A stretch of DNA of 62,677 bases, counting the filler, from Nemertoderma westbladi (taxonomy: Eukaryota; Animalia; Xenacoelomorpha), in NCBI GenBank assembly GCA_032718475.1. It is 3 parts of 3 records of this genome, joined end to end, with 100 filler letters (N's around TTAATTAATTAA, not from the genome) between each part and the next. Parts side by side here need not be neighbours in the genome. Positions count along the whole stretch, not along the records: positions 24,469 to 51,572 come from JAUCBJ010003864.1; 2 more parts are not named here. One strand, 5' to 3'. Both the position numbers and the translations under genes were made by a program. Of this stretch, positions 25,070 to 37,136 are shown in pieces. The first letter of the stretch is position 1. Each line of letters opens with the position of its first letter. The notes under the pieces were generated by a model that ran no database searches, had not been told where the DNA came from, and saw nothing but the letters and a program-made list of their open reading frames with translations.

Positions 25070-25224
25070 GGGAATGTGGGACTGGCTTATTTTTTTTTTT
25101 TATTGGTGGAGGGTACTACACAATTCGATGGCCTAGTAAATTTATCTATCTTATGTCCAATGTGCAGAGCAGTATTATTGATATGAAAATATAAATAAAC
25201 GTAGTACCACGGGTAGAAAAAAAA

Positions 25225-25578
25225 CTCTGGGACACGATGTCCCAGTACTCTGGTACATGATGTCCCAGTACTCTGGGAACGGATGTCCCAGTACTCTGGG
25301 GCAGGATGTCCCAGTACTCTGGGACAGGATGTCCCAGTACTCTGGGACAGGATGTCCCAGTACGCCGGGAAACGATGTCCCAGTACTCTGGGACACGATG
25401 TCCCCGTACGCTTGACGCTGGGACACGATCTCGCAGTACGCGGGGTACGATGTCACAGTACTCTGGGACACGATGTCCCAGTGCTCTGTGACACGATGTC
25501 CCAGTACTCTGGGACACGATGTCCCAGTACTCTGGGACACGATGTCCCAGTACTCTGGGACACGATGTCCCAGTACTG
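25225..25578. repeat. 23-bp palindromic minisatellite, ~15 copies
   Basis: Unit ctctgggacacgatgtcccagta containing the inverted repeat ctgggaca/tgtcccag. Confidence 0.9.
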
Positions 25579-25708
25579 TGGAGCAAATATTGGAACTTGA
25601 AATACAAGTTAACTCATCAACATGGATGGGCGCTTCTAATTATAACACGATCTGGGATATGGGATTTCACGTAATCGAATTGAAGTTTAACTCTACACTG
25701 ATATGATA

Positions 25709-28700
25709 ACACGTTCGTGGGGCCTTCGCGCAGCACGAGGCCCAGTTATTAGATACAAATTAAAATTGAGCGACTGTATCACAAAATCAGGTTTTGAGAA
25801 ATTTACCCACACCACCAATCAATCAAAGAAAGGGGGACAGTACGTGTTCACCCCCTTTAATCCCCCCCCCCCCCCCCCCCAACCTTCCCAACCACCAATA
25901 CATAACCGGGACATCTACCACCCACGGAAGGGTAGCACGAACTTATTTCCAATCGCACGTTAAATATGCAAAGCCAGGTGGTTTATAGGAATATAATAAA
26001 CGCAGTACTCGTTTTCATTATAAGCCTCTTTGCGTTCGTCCTGTTTTGTATTTAAATATATTTCTTAAACGCAGGCTGACGATATTTATAATAATAATAA
26101 CTAGGGATGCGATCAATATGTGAAGCCAGGTGGTTTATATAATAATTTAGTCAACGAGGTACTCGTCTTCATTATATGCCTCGTTGCGCTCGTCGCTTGT
26201 CCTGTTTTGTCATAAAATATTTTTCCTAAACGCAGACTGACGATCTTTATACAGTTATAACTATGCGAAGTTTCGAAACTGTGCGATACATCTATGTGGA
26301 GATGTGTGATATGTGGAGATGTGTGATACAACGCCAACGCATCTTATGCCGATGTAGTAATATGGGTATTGAAATAATATTAAATCAATGTACACTCTTA
26401 AAGCTGCAGCGAAAAAATGTAGCTAATTTCCTAGGTTACATATAAAATAATAATATTATTTTTAAGAACATTAATTTTACTACTTTGCAAAAATTCAATT
26501 AAAAAATAACCAGACATATACATTGTGGAATAAACTATTTCAGATAAGCCTACACAACAGCCATGCCATGGATGGTATTTATGTTATTATATCTGTCATT
26601 TACCTGAGATAGCAATACAACACTTATAGTAGAGTCAATACAGGAAAGATGTTGGGATGTTGGAATGCTGCCTGGGCTGGAATAGCAATACTGGTTGCCT
26701 ATTACAGTACAATTCCTCTCTGGTTAGTCTACAGCCACAACTCCAAGCTAGCTCCACACCAGCAGAGACATGACCAATAATCATTCCCAGCAACTAGCTG
26801 CTGCCTTACACACACATCCTTCCATCTTACCAGCATGTTAGCCAATAAATGAGCAGTATTTAATGAGAATCAATTTTTTATGACGTTTTAATTACTTTAG
26901 ATCAATTAAAGACACAATTAATAAAGCAAATCACTTGAACTAATTAAAAACTATAATAGAATGGGGTATGTGGATTACATCTGTATAATTTTTAATTATA
27001 ATTATTTAAATCTTATACTGTAAAACAATTAATTTCCTTTAAAAGGCAGGTTGAAAATGGTGTTTTTACCGTAATAACTTAATTAACTAATTAACTGCTA
27101 TTATCTTAGCTTCTCGAAGGCCACAAGGAAATTCTACTTGGAAAATTTCTAAACTTTTGCCAAACAACATGTGTACCAAGTTTGGATAGATTTCATCAAA
27201 GATTGGCCGAGTTATTAACGTTTAAAATTGAACACTGCAAAAAAAGCGACAGAACGACAGAACGACACGTTCGTGGGGCCTTCGCGCAGCACGAGGCCCA
27301 GTTATTAGATACAAATTAAAATTGAGCGACTGTATCACAAAATCAGGTTTTGAGAAATTTACCCACACCACCAATCAATCAAAGAAAGGGGGACAGTACG
27401 TGTTCACCCCCTTTAATCCCCCCCCCCCAACCTTCCCAACCACCAATACATAACCGGGACATCTACCACCCACGGAAGGGTAGCACGAACTTATTTCCAA
27501 TCGCACGTTAAATATGCAAAGCCAGGTGGTTTATAGGAATATAATAAACGCAGTACTCGTTTTCATTATAAGCCTCTTTGCGTTCGTCCTGTTTTGTATT
27601 TAAATATATTTCTTAAACGCAGGCTGACGATATTTATAATAATAATAACTAGGGATGCGATCAATATGTGAAGCCAGGTGGTTTATATAATAATTTAGTC
27701 AACGAGGTACTCGTCTTCATTATATGCCTCGTTGCGCTCGTCGCTTGTCCTGTTTTGTCATAAAATATTTTTCCTAAACGCAGACTGACGATCTTTATAC
27801 AGTTATAACTATGCGAAGTTTCGAAACTGTGCGATACATCTATGTGGAGATGTGTGATATGTGGAGATGTGTGATACAACGCCAACGCATCTTATGCCGA
27901 TGTAGTAATATGGGTATTGAAATAATATTAAATCAATGTACACTCTTAAAGCTGCAGCGAAAAAATGTAGCTAATTTCCTAGGTTACATATAAAATAATA
28001 ATATTATTTTTAAGAACATTAATTTTACTACTTTGCAAAAATTCAATTAAAAAATAACCAGACATATACATTGTGGAATAAACTATTTCAGATAAGCCTA
28101 CACAACAGCCATGCCATGGATGGTATTTATGTTATTATATCTGTCATTTACCTGAGATAGCAATACAACACTTATAGTAGAGTCAATACAGGAAGGATGT
28201 TGGGATGTTGGAATGCTGCCTGGGCTGGAATAGCAATACTGGTTGCCTATTACAATTTCTCTCTGGTTAGTCTACAGCCACAACTCCAAGCTAGCTCCAT
28301 ACCAGCAGAGACATGACCAATAATCATTCCCAGCAACTAGCTGCTGCCTTACACACACATCCTTCCATCTTACCAGCATGTTAGCCAATAAATGAGCAGT
28401 ATTTAATGAGAATCAATTTTTTATGACGTTTTAATTACTTTAGATCAATTAAAGACACAATTAATAAAGCAAATCACTTGAACTAATTAAAAACTATAAT
28501 AGAATGGGGTATGTGGATTACATCTGTATAATTTTTAATTATAATTATTTAAATCTTATACTGTAAAACAATTAATTTCCTTTAAAAGGCAGGTTGAAAA
28601 TGGTGTTTTTACCGTAATAACTTAATTAACTAATTAACTGCTATTATCTTAGCTTCTCGAAGGCCACAAGGAAATTCTACTTGGAAAATTTCTAAACTTT

Positions 28701-28809
28701 TGCCAAACAACATGTGTACCAAGTTTGGATAGATTTCATCAAAGATTGGCCGAGTTATTAACGTTTAAAATTGAACACTGCAAAAAAAGCGACAGAACGA
28801 CAGAACGAC
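25709..28809. repeat. Near-identical ~1.55-kb tandem duplication (2 copies)
   Basis: Copies start at 25709 and 27265. Identical ORFs at 26113/27661 and 26263/27811; only a few SNPs and indels differ. Confidence 0.92.
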
Positions 28810-28881
28810 GTGGCTCGCCCCACAGGTTGATTAATGGTACCACTACGCTAAGGCTCACTCACTTCGTGGCTCGCCCCACAT

Positions 28882-29776
28882 ATAGTAAAATCGGTTTGCG
28901 TAACAGTGATTTTACTCAATGTGTGACTTGATACATTTAGGTAACTCGATACAGAAAGTTATACTTTTTATTTCACAGATTGTGGGTGATTGCGTGATTT
29001 TATGATAAAAATTGAAATATTAGAAGATGTCTGAATAAATTGTTTGTCAATTAGTAAACTAAATTTTGTCATTGCTTTGTATTTGTGATCACCATAGCCA
29101 AAAATGCATTTTTCAAATTTTCCATGTCAAAATATAGGTTGAATTTTTGACACTGACACTAACGGATAATGTTTTTCAAAAATTATTTTTACAGATGAAA
29201 ATAGATGAGTTTGAATATTATGTTCCAAAAAAATTCTCAAACTTTCATATGAATTGGCGGTGCAGCGCCCGTTTTTTGAAAGGGTATCTAAAATTAGTGT
29301 GACTTGCACAGCAATTCAGTAGCCTAAGGTAGTACTGAATATTGTAGCAGTCCTAAATGTAGAAAAACAATTTAGTTTTAAGTTATTTTTTATTTTGCTA
29401 TAACTATAGATCCTCGGTAGGTGTTCTTTTATTTGTTCTTTTTTTAAAACTTCCAGGTGTATCAAGTAACCCCCACAGCCTACAACATGATCCAAACACC
29501 AAACTCATTCACAGAATTCTATTATTGCGGAAAATTTGCTTGTGTATCAAGTCACCCCTTTCTGTGGGTGACTTGATACAGATGGTTAAAAAAACCACTA
29601 GACTAAGGACCTCAGAAAGTGCATTAGTCTAGTGGAGTAGTAATCATCCCGACTATAAGTGTCTTGTATATGGAATGGGAAAATTACAAATTCACTTGAA
29701 AAAAATACAACACAAAACGCCCTTTTTGTAGGGTGAAAAAATTGCCTCCACTGGTACGCAAACCAATTATTACCTA
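28882..29776. mobile_element. Degenerate non-autonomous TIR element
   Basis: Imperfect TIRs gtaaaatcggtttgcgtaacagtg / cactggtacgcaaaccaattattac, with internal gtgacttgatac / gtatcaagtcac repeats. Confidence 0.55.
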
Positions 29777-30439
29777 AAATAAAATAAGCTATTGAACTAT
29801 TTTATAGATTAATAGTGATCATCTCATCACCCAACATGGGATGGAATCGAAGTTGGGTTGCGAGGAGAAAGAAACAGCTGCTGGCACTGGACGTTTGGGA
29901 GCTGCGAATGATTGGCTAGCTGTGCTAAAGTTACACCGGGAAGTAGGCCCATGTGAAATATTATATACCAGACACCAGACTTTATGCTGTTATATTTACC
30001 TTTGCAGTTTACCCTCATGTGAAGAATACAAGGTTTTTACTAAAAGCCCAGGTCACAGAACGGCTGAATCTAACCAAAACAATAAAAGAGTTATATCTGT
30101 ACAGGTTATAAGATAGAATTATTCACATGGGCGGGAACTATTTCTTCGGAAAATCCTCAAAAATATTTCGGGTAAACCCTATATCGAGGGATGGGTTAAC
30201 CCCCAATTTTTTCTAGGATAACAGGATATAAGGATGGGTTTGGAGTAAAAGTCCACAACATCAACCACAATAACTACAACAACCACAACCATAAATAATG
30301 ACAACAATAACATTTAAAGGACACCAATACAAACGATTATTCATTTAGATTTAGGCACTGTCAGTTTCTTTGGAGGCCGGAGGCCGTGGAAAAACTGCTT
30401 TTACTATTTCGAGGAAATGTGGATTACAAAGAGGATAAA

Positions 30440-31090
30440 ATAATTATTAATTACAAGGGAAAAAAGTAGAACTTTTTTTCACTATTCTCGAGGAATTTTA
30501 TTTATCGAGCAGCCGAGCTAATAAAGGCAAAGGGTCGAGAGAATATTGAACAAAAAATGTTCTACGTTTTTATCCCCCTGTAATACGTAATTTTATTCTT
30601 AAACTTTTTGTTGCTCAATTCTTTAATAAACGTTAGAGCGATATAGTGTTACAAAATAAATTGAACTGTAGTACTTTAATATATATTGCTTCCATATTTA
30701 CTGCGATTCCAATTATTGTACTCTTCAACTAAATTATGCTGCTTCCTTACTCAATGTTAAAATAATTGGGTGTTCTCGAATATTTTTACTTAACTAGAGA
30801 GCGGCCTAACAAGCAATATAGTACAATACTACCATGGCCATGATACTACAGTTAAATTTATTTTGTAACACTATATCGCTATATTATTAATTATAATATT
30901 ATTAATGAATTAAGCAATAAAAAGTACCAATATAAGAATAAAATTACATTACGTATTACATGGGAAAAAAACATAATTTTTTTCGATATTCTCACGACCC
31001 TTTACAGCTTCATTAAGCTCGCTGTCGCTCGGTAAATAAAATGCTTCGAGAATAGTGAAACAAAGTTTTTTCCCATTTAATAAATTATTA
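30440..31090. mobile_element. Foldback-type element with ~200-bp imperfect inverted arms
   Basis: 30440-30640 is the reverse complement of ~30890-31090. A single arm also occurs at ~8800-9005. Confidence 0.6.
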
Positions 31091-32323
31091 TTATTAAACG
31101 CATTATTTTTGGAAGATATTACTCTTTGTCCGCAAATGGGGGGGGGGGGGGGCATTAATTAGTGTCCTTATTGTCCGCACTTTTACGGACAATAAAGGGG
31201 ATATTTTAACGGAAATATATTAAAAGATGAAGATTATAAATTACTCGCTATGTTCAAATCTAAAATCTAACACCACACTGAAATTAATCGTAAATGTATC
31301 AATGTTAATGTTGAATGCAAATTAATCGTAAATGTATCAATGTTAATGTTGAATGCAAATACTTTTCAGATAATAAAGTAGCTGGCTACTTAATGAGCAA
31401 ATGACACACGTCGCAGTAAAGTATCCATCCAGGCTCCCATTAAATAAGGTGAGTAACACTTCCCTAAATGCCATTATATTGGTGTCACCATGTCTCCTCT
31501 CTCTCTCCCTTTCTCGCCATTGGTTATACAAACATACTACTGTAATCTCTTTTTCTGTCTTTAGGGCTGTACAGTACACTCACCCACAAGGCAGTTCTTA
31601 CTAAGCCTGTAAGTAGGTCTTATACAGTACGCTACTGAATCATTGAATGTCATCGGGATTATTGCCAAGTTTGAGTCTGGGGATATTATTGTCTAGACTT
31701 TACAGTTAACATGAGGATTACAATTACTACTATACGAAGAATAATACTTATTAATTATTATATATATGTATACTCTTCCTCCGAAGGCCGTCACATCCGG
31801 CTGTGATAAAATCCCAATCACCCATAAAGACATATCCATCATCTCATCATCATAATAGTAAAAAGATAATGGTAATTGGTAGGGTAAAATTGTTTACGGA
31901 CAAACGAAGGCAAATTAATACGACTTTGGCATGGGGCATTTCTAGCCGAGTGAGTTGGGTTTGCTTAACGTTGAATATTGTTTTTAATCTATCTATATAT
32001 CTATCTATAATTAATCTATCTTGATTTTATCCTCACGGCTTACTTCGCTCGCTCATGACGGCGTTGTTCTTATTTTTCAATTTTAGTCGGGTGATTGGAT
32101 CCCTAGGATAAATCATAATCACCACTACTTGTATTAGTACGTAGTAATGCATTGTATACCGAAGATTTAAATTGAGCACATTCACTGATGTCCTATAGAT
32201 TTTAATTCCAACTAGGGTGTGAATGACACGTGGAATATAACTAAGATTAAAGATATACGGGACAACATGTGTGAGTGAACAAATACACTTCTCATTACAG
32301 ATGGGGGGGGGGGGGGGGGGGAC

Positions 32324-32830
32324 GACTGGACGCTATAAAATGCATCCCTCTCCAGGGGAAATTCGACGCAAATATCTGCTGATTACTCTCATAAATATAA
32401 CTTTAACCTGTTCTATTGCGTTTAGTTTATTGTTTTGGTTAAAATTACGTGCCACTTTAACCTGCCTCTTTCCCTAAATTGAGAATTTAATATTGAGGCG
32501 GGATATTTATTCGCCAATATGGGATTTGCGTCCAGTCCCCGCCCCCTGTCTCTCTAATTATTACCCTCATTGATATTGTTCATTCATATTAACCCTACAG
32601 AAAGGTGGCAACTTTCGTCGCAATAAAAATTCATCCCTCTCCAGTGAAAATTCGACGCAAATAACAGCTGAGTTCTGAGTACGCCCTAAAATTAAACTGC
32701 AACCTGTTCTGAGTTTCGTTTATTGCTTTGGTTATATTAATGTGCCATTGTAACCTGCTCCATTCCCTAATTTGAGAATTTAACATTGAGGCGGGATATT
32801 AATGCGCCGAGGTGAGATTTGCATCAAGTT
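32324..32830. mobile_element. Two tandem copies of the MITE family seen at 1-213
   Basis: actggacgc...gcgtccagt copy preceded by poly-G, followed by a second diverged copy; both are the reverse complement of 1-213. Confidence 0.7.
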
Positions 32831-32866
32831 TCCCCACTGTCTCTAACCCTTCATAGTTGTGTATAT

Positions 32867-33173
32867 TACGGAAGCCTAAAGCGGACAGCAAACTTCTCAC
32901 ATTGGGGTGTGTGTGTGGTTGGCGGGATTGCACATCATCCTCTCACATACATTGGGGGGTTAGGTGCGTGTGAGTGAGAAACTTCACGTCACCCTCACAC
33001 AAACAAAGTAATGTGTGATCGAGTTAGGGTTTTTCGATCACCCTAAAGATCCGACCTCTCGTTTTTCCCCCCTCCCAACCCTAACTCGATTATGTTCACC
33101 CCGGTGATCTGGGCCCGTAACTATCTTTGTAGAAGTAATGTGTGAAGTTTGCTGTCCTCTTTGGGCTTCCGTA
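32867..33173. mobile_element. MITE with ~33-bp TIRs
   Basis: tacggaagcctaaagcggacagcaaacttctcaca versus tgtgtgaagtttgctgtcctctttgggcttccgta. Confidence 0.7.
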
Positions 33174-33517
33174 GTATATGCATATTGAAACGTTTTATCA
33201 TAACCGTTTAACACCACCGTTTAATGTTCATCCCAGTGCTATGGGTTAGATCCTTAGATCTCATATATCTGCTCTACACACTGGTATTGTGTATTATTTG
33301 GTTAATTAATTGAATTACTTTGACTTTGGTGTGGTGATATTTAAAAGGCTTATATATATATTTGGATGAATACAAATACATACATTTGGGGCAACTACTT
33401 CGATGCTAAAAACGAGTTTGGGGTTAAATGTATGTATGTGATATTGGAATGAAACAATTATGTCATAAAATTTTGTCAATAAGAAAACCAGCCAATCCCA
33501 AACAAAGTGCAACTGTG

Positions 33518-33530
33518 GTTTCCTAGCAAC
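33518..33530 (+). promoter_or_regulatory. RFX X-box upstream of a ciliary gene
   Basis: GTTTCCTAGCAAC fits the X-box consensus; CCAAT box at ~33492; ~550 bp upstream of the CFAP276 ATG. Confidence 0.65.
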
Positions 33531-33987
33531 AACTGTAATCATGTCAGAAATACTAAGCTGATCAATTGATTTGTATGTTGATACCGGTACCGTACCGTGA
33601 TGTATGTCAGTATCTACAGTGTGATAAGGCTAAAACAAAATGACTGACTATTATTATTATTTTATATTCCGGTACCATACATGTATGTACAATAGGTACC
33701 AATCGTCTATGTTGGAATGAAAGTACATGGAATTCAAAATCTAGATTGTGGATTGCCGATTGCCGATCTGTGTTCTGTTTTATCGCCCTGTAACCGGTAG
33801 TCCTATATTGCACTGTAATATACCTTTTCATAATTGGATTGGTGGTAAAACTACTTATCTTGTACAATATCAATATATTATTTCTAACTAGCCGTCTCAA
33901 TATGCTGATCCAAGCCTCTAATGTACATTTTAGATTATAATTTTGTAGAATACACTGTATAATAATTATTCATAGGCTTATGTGAAT

Positions 33988-34074
33988 TACCGGTAGTAAA
34001 TAATTGTGTAACCGGTAGTAAATAATTGTGTAACCGGTAGTAAATAATTTTGTAACCGGTAGTAAATAATTGTG
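33988..34074. repeat. 22-bp tandem repeat (4 copies) abutting the CFAP276 start codon
   Basis: Unit taaccggtagtaaataattgtg; ends 2 nt before the ATG. Confidence 0.85.
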
Positions 34075-34076
34075 AG

Positions 34077-34172
34077 ATGACGGCTGAATTGGTATCCAGT
34101 AGGAAACCTTACCCGTTCCCAACGTTCGAGAACGATGCGACATTCAATGTGCCTGAGAAGAAAGGACCCAAG
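34077..34172 (+). CDS. CFAP276: CFAP276/C1orf194-like, coding exon 1
   Basis: MTAELVSSRKPYPFPTFENDATFNVPEKKGPK|gttggt. Resembles the R(D)P(F/Y)..PT..ND N-terminal motif. Confidence 0.8.
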
Positions 34173-35538
34173 GTTGGTTTCTAAATATTTATATTTTGTA
34201 ATAATATTCAGTCAATGGTAGACTCGTCGATGACGTCACTGTAGTCAATGGTAGGGGCGTCGATGACGTCACTGTTTAGTCAACACTCACTCAAGGGCTA
34301 TTTTCATATCATAAATGTATTTATTTGATTATATGTAACAAGACACTTGAAGTCAAAGTTTTTTCAAATATTGAATGAAATGACTAATATACTATATCTG
34401 CATAGCTAAAGGTATGCTGCCAGAAACCAAGGCAAGGCAGTTTATTCTAGAATATTTTCCAATAAATTCTATAAAAAACGCGTTTTTAGGCTGGTTGCTA
34501 TAGAAGTAGCCGAAAATGAATATTTATATTAGATAGGTAGTGTAGTTCGGGGAACGTCTACCTTTACTCAAAAAACATAAAAAATTAGCAAAACACATAC
34601 TTTTAGATTTTAGACTTTTATAAATCAAACAACAATAGTCAGATATATGATATTTATTTCCTTAGAGTTGGCTTTTTCTCACCAAAATAATAAACGATGT
34701 TGTTAACAATATCGAATATAACAATATATATAATAATATATAAAAAATACTTTGGAACGAATTTAAATAATTTGGGAAAGAAATATTTTTTTCGACGTAG
34801 ATTTAATGTATATTGCTTACAGAAAACATAAAATTTGTGGCTATCGTTTTGGGCGGTAAAAAAGTATATTTGGTGCGAAAACTATGTAATCTGGGAAAGG
34901 AATAATTTGTGGTCTAGGGGAACTTCCATTTTACTAGGTCTAATTATTTATTAGGTATTTTAACAAGCTGTGGCCGGCGAAAATTATATATAGTTGTCTG
35001 TGTTTCAGCTGTTTATTGTGGTTGTAATGGTAACCAGAAAACTTCGAAGTGACCATCGTTTAGCAAAATTATTACAATTTGTGAGTGGGGGTTTCTACGA
35101 AGTTATAACATTTGTAGTTTTCGTGTTTTAAAATTTGAAGAATTAAAAACTTGAGAGATTTTCAGTTTTTTATTAGATACTGAGATTATTCCCAGATATA
35201 ACATTGAAAATGTTTGCCTATTGGGTACCAACATTATTTTCAAGTTTCAGTCCACATTTTGGTTATAGATAAGAAATATCAGAGGTATGATATTTCGAAA
35301 GGTGTCTGATTTAGAAAATGAGGTCATAATGTTAATGGGCAGTGCGTGTACATTCAGGGGGTTAAAAATGTACCTTTTTTCTTAATCTGGGTCGATATCT
35401 TTTAGTGTTTTAGAATCTGTGAACCGGTTAATCGCACATTTTTATTTTTCTAGCATTTTCGCACAAACACCCCGTATCTAGAAATTTCAACTTGAAGGTA
35501 CTGTAATTCAATTGAACAAGTATTATTATACGTTACAG

Positions 35539-35749
35539 TTAGGTGATTCTATCAAACAAGCAACCTCTGTGAACTGTGGTCTCAGACTAACCCGAGAGAA
35601 GACTTTAAGTAGTCTCAGACACGAGTGGTACCACCACGAACGCGATGTACCTAACGACAACCTAGACTTCGTCATGAAGTCCGTATATAACCACCACGTT
35701 CTGTTTCTAGGCTATAACACCGAAGTTAAGAACCAAAAAGAGACCGTAG
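35539..35749 (+). CDS. CFAP276: CFAP276-like, coding exon 2
   Basis: ttacag|LGDSIK...RLTREKTLSSLRHEWYHHERDVPNDNLDFVMKSVYNHH...QKETV(G)|gttagt. P.D.LDF....YNHH motif. Confidence 0.88.
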
Positions 35750-35878
35750 GTTAGTCAATGCAAACACTATAATTATCCCATGTTATTAATTTTAGGATTT
35801 GACCTGTAGTGCGTTTCCGAATCCTTTTTAACCCCGGACATGGTTTGGTTGTTTGTTTTTATTTATTATTATTAATAG

Positions 35879-36001
35879 GTCTCCCTCACGGGCGAATATT
35901 GAAGAATCGCCCACCCAAATCGAAAGCGGCAAACAAGGAGGGAATTACGGCGTATGTTTACCCAGAAAAAGGCAACGTTCACAAGATAAAGGGAGCAATA
36001 G
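35879..36001 (+). CDS. CFAP276: CFAP276-like, coding exon 3
   Basis: taatag|(G)LPHGRILKNRPPKSKAANKEGITAYVYPEKGNVHKIKGAI(G)|gtaagt; phase 1-1. Confidence 0.85.
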
Positions 36002-36315
36002 GTAAGTGTGCAATATATATATTGTTAGAATCAAGCCGGGTATGGGCACGGACCCTATAATCAATTAATTACACAATGATAGTAAAATGTGAAATTAATT
36101 AAAATTAATAGAAAGCGATAGGTAGAATTTGTTCCAAAAGAGTTTAAAATACTCAGGAATTGGAATCAAACATTGGTTTAAAATTATTGAAAATAAAATT
36201 GGTTAGGGTTAAAGGGTGGCCCAGTGTCTCAGGGGTTTTTGTTACATGGACAGCGGGTCAGGTGGTACAGTATGTTGTGGCTTGACCACCACAGGGTTTG
36301 GAGACACAGGTGGAG

Positions 36316-36737
36316 GGTTGGGTGCAATCTTCGCCCCCCTCCAATCTTCGCCCGCGTCCAACCTTCGCCCGCTTCCTATCTTCGCCCGCGTCCAACCTTC
36401 GCCCGCTTCCAATCTTCGCCCGCGAGCGACGTTCACCCAATAAGATTTGTGTTAGTAATCGTTTTAGTAACAAATTGAGGGAAAGGAGCAGGTTACAGAC
36501 CAAAACCAAAACAATAAACGATGGTGTTACTAATGGAGGGAAAGGGGTAAGTTACAGAGACGGCTTTTTCCAACCAAAACAATAATTGTTTATTGGGCGA
36601 AGGTTGCTCGCGGGCGAAGATTGACTGAGGGCGAAGTTTACGCCGTGCGATAGTTGCTCATTTTGAGGGCGAAGATTGCTCCGGGCGAATATTGGACGCG
36701 GGCAAAGCTTCCTCGCGGACGAAGTTTGCTGCGTACC
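36316..36737. mobile_element. MITE with subterminal repeats and 8-9-bp target-site duplication (Merlin- or MULE-like)
   Basis: Flanked by the direct repeat (c)aggtggag; GGT...ACC ends; arrays of cttcgccc on the left and gggcgaag on the right. Confidence 0.65.
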
Positions 36738-37136
36738 AGGTGGAGACAGGGTAACACAGGTAAGATGGTGGATCCGTGACAACTATACCGCTTATAAACG
36801 TGTTGCAACGGTTGTGGGCACTCGGTCCACCGTCTGTCGGTGAACGCCATGGAGTTCCAGAATTCGGACGAAATTTCGGACACTTTCTGGTCTAAGTTCC
36901 TAAGTAGTTATCGAACTCGACTGTGTTTTCCAGTTTTAACTCAAACTAACTCGATGCTGAGTGGCCTCTCTTTACTTAGGGCCAAAACGAGGCTGTTTCG
37001 TATGGTTTTATGAAATGACAGACAACATTTTAGGTACATCGATTTGATTTTGTCGATGTTCCTAGGTCTCGGGTCTTAATACTCCCTACTGTGTTGCGGA
37101 AGAAATAGACGAGTACGCACTTATTTACAAAGGCTT

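Noticed and set aside
25225-25578. CRISPR-like palindromic repeats (also the 41-, 57- and 65-bp arrays)
   Set aside because: No unique spacers, no cas genes, and a eukaryotic context.
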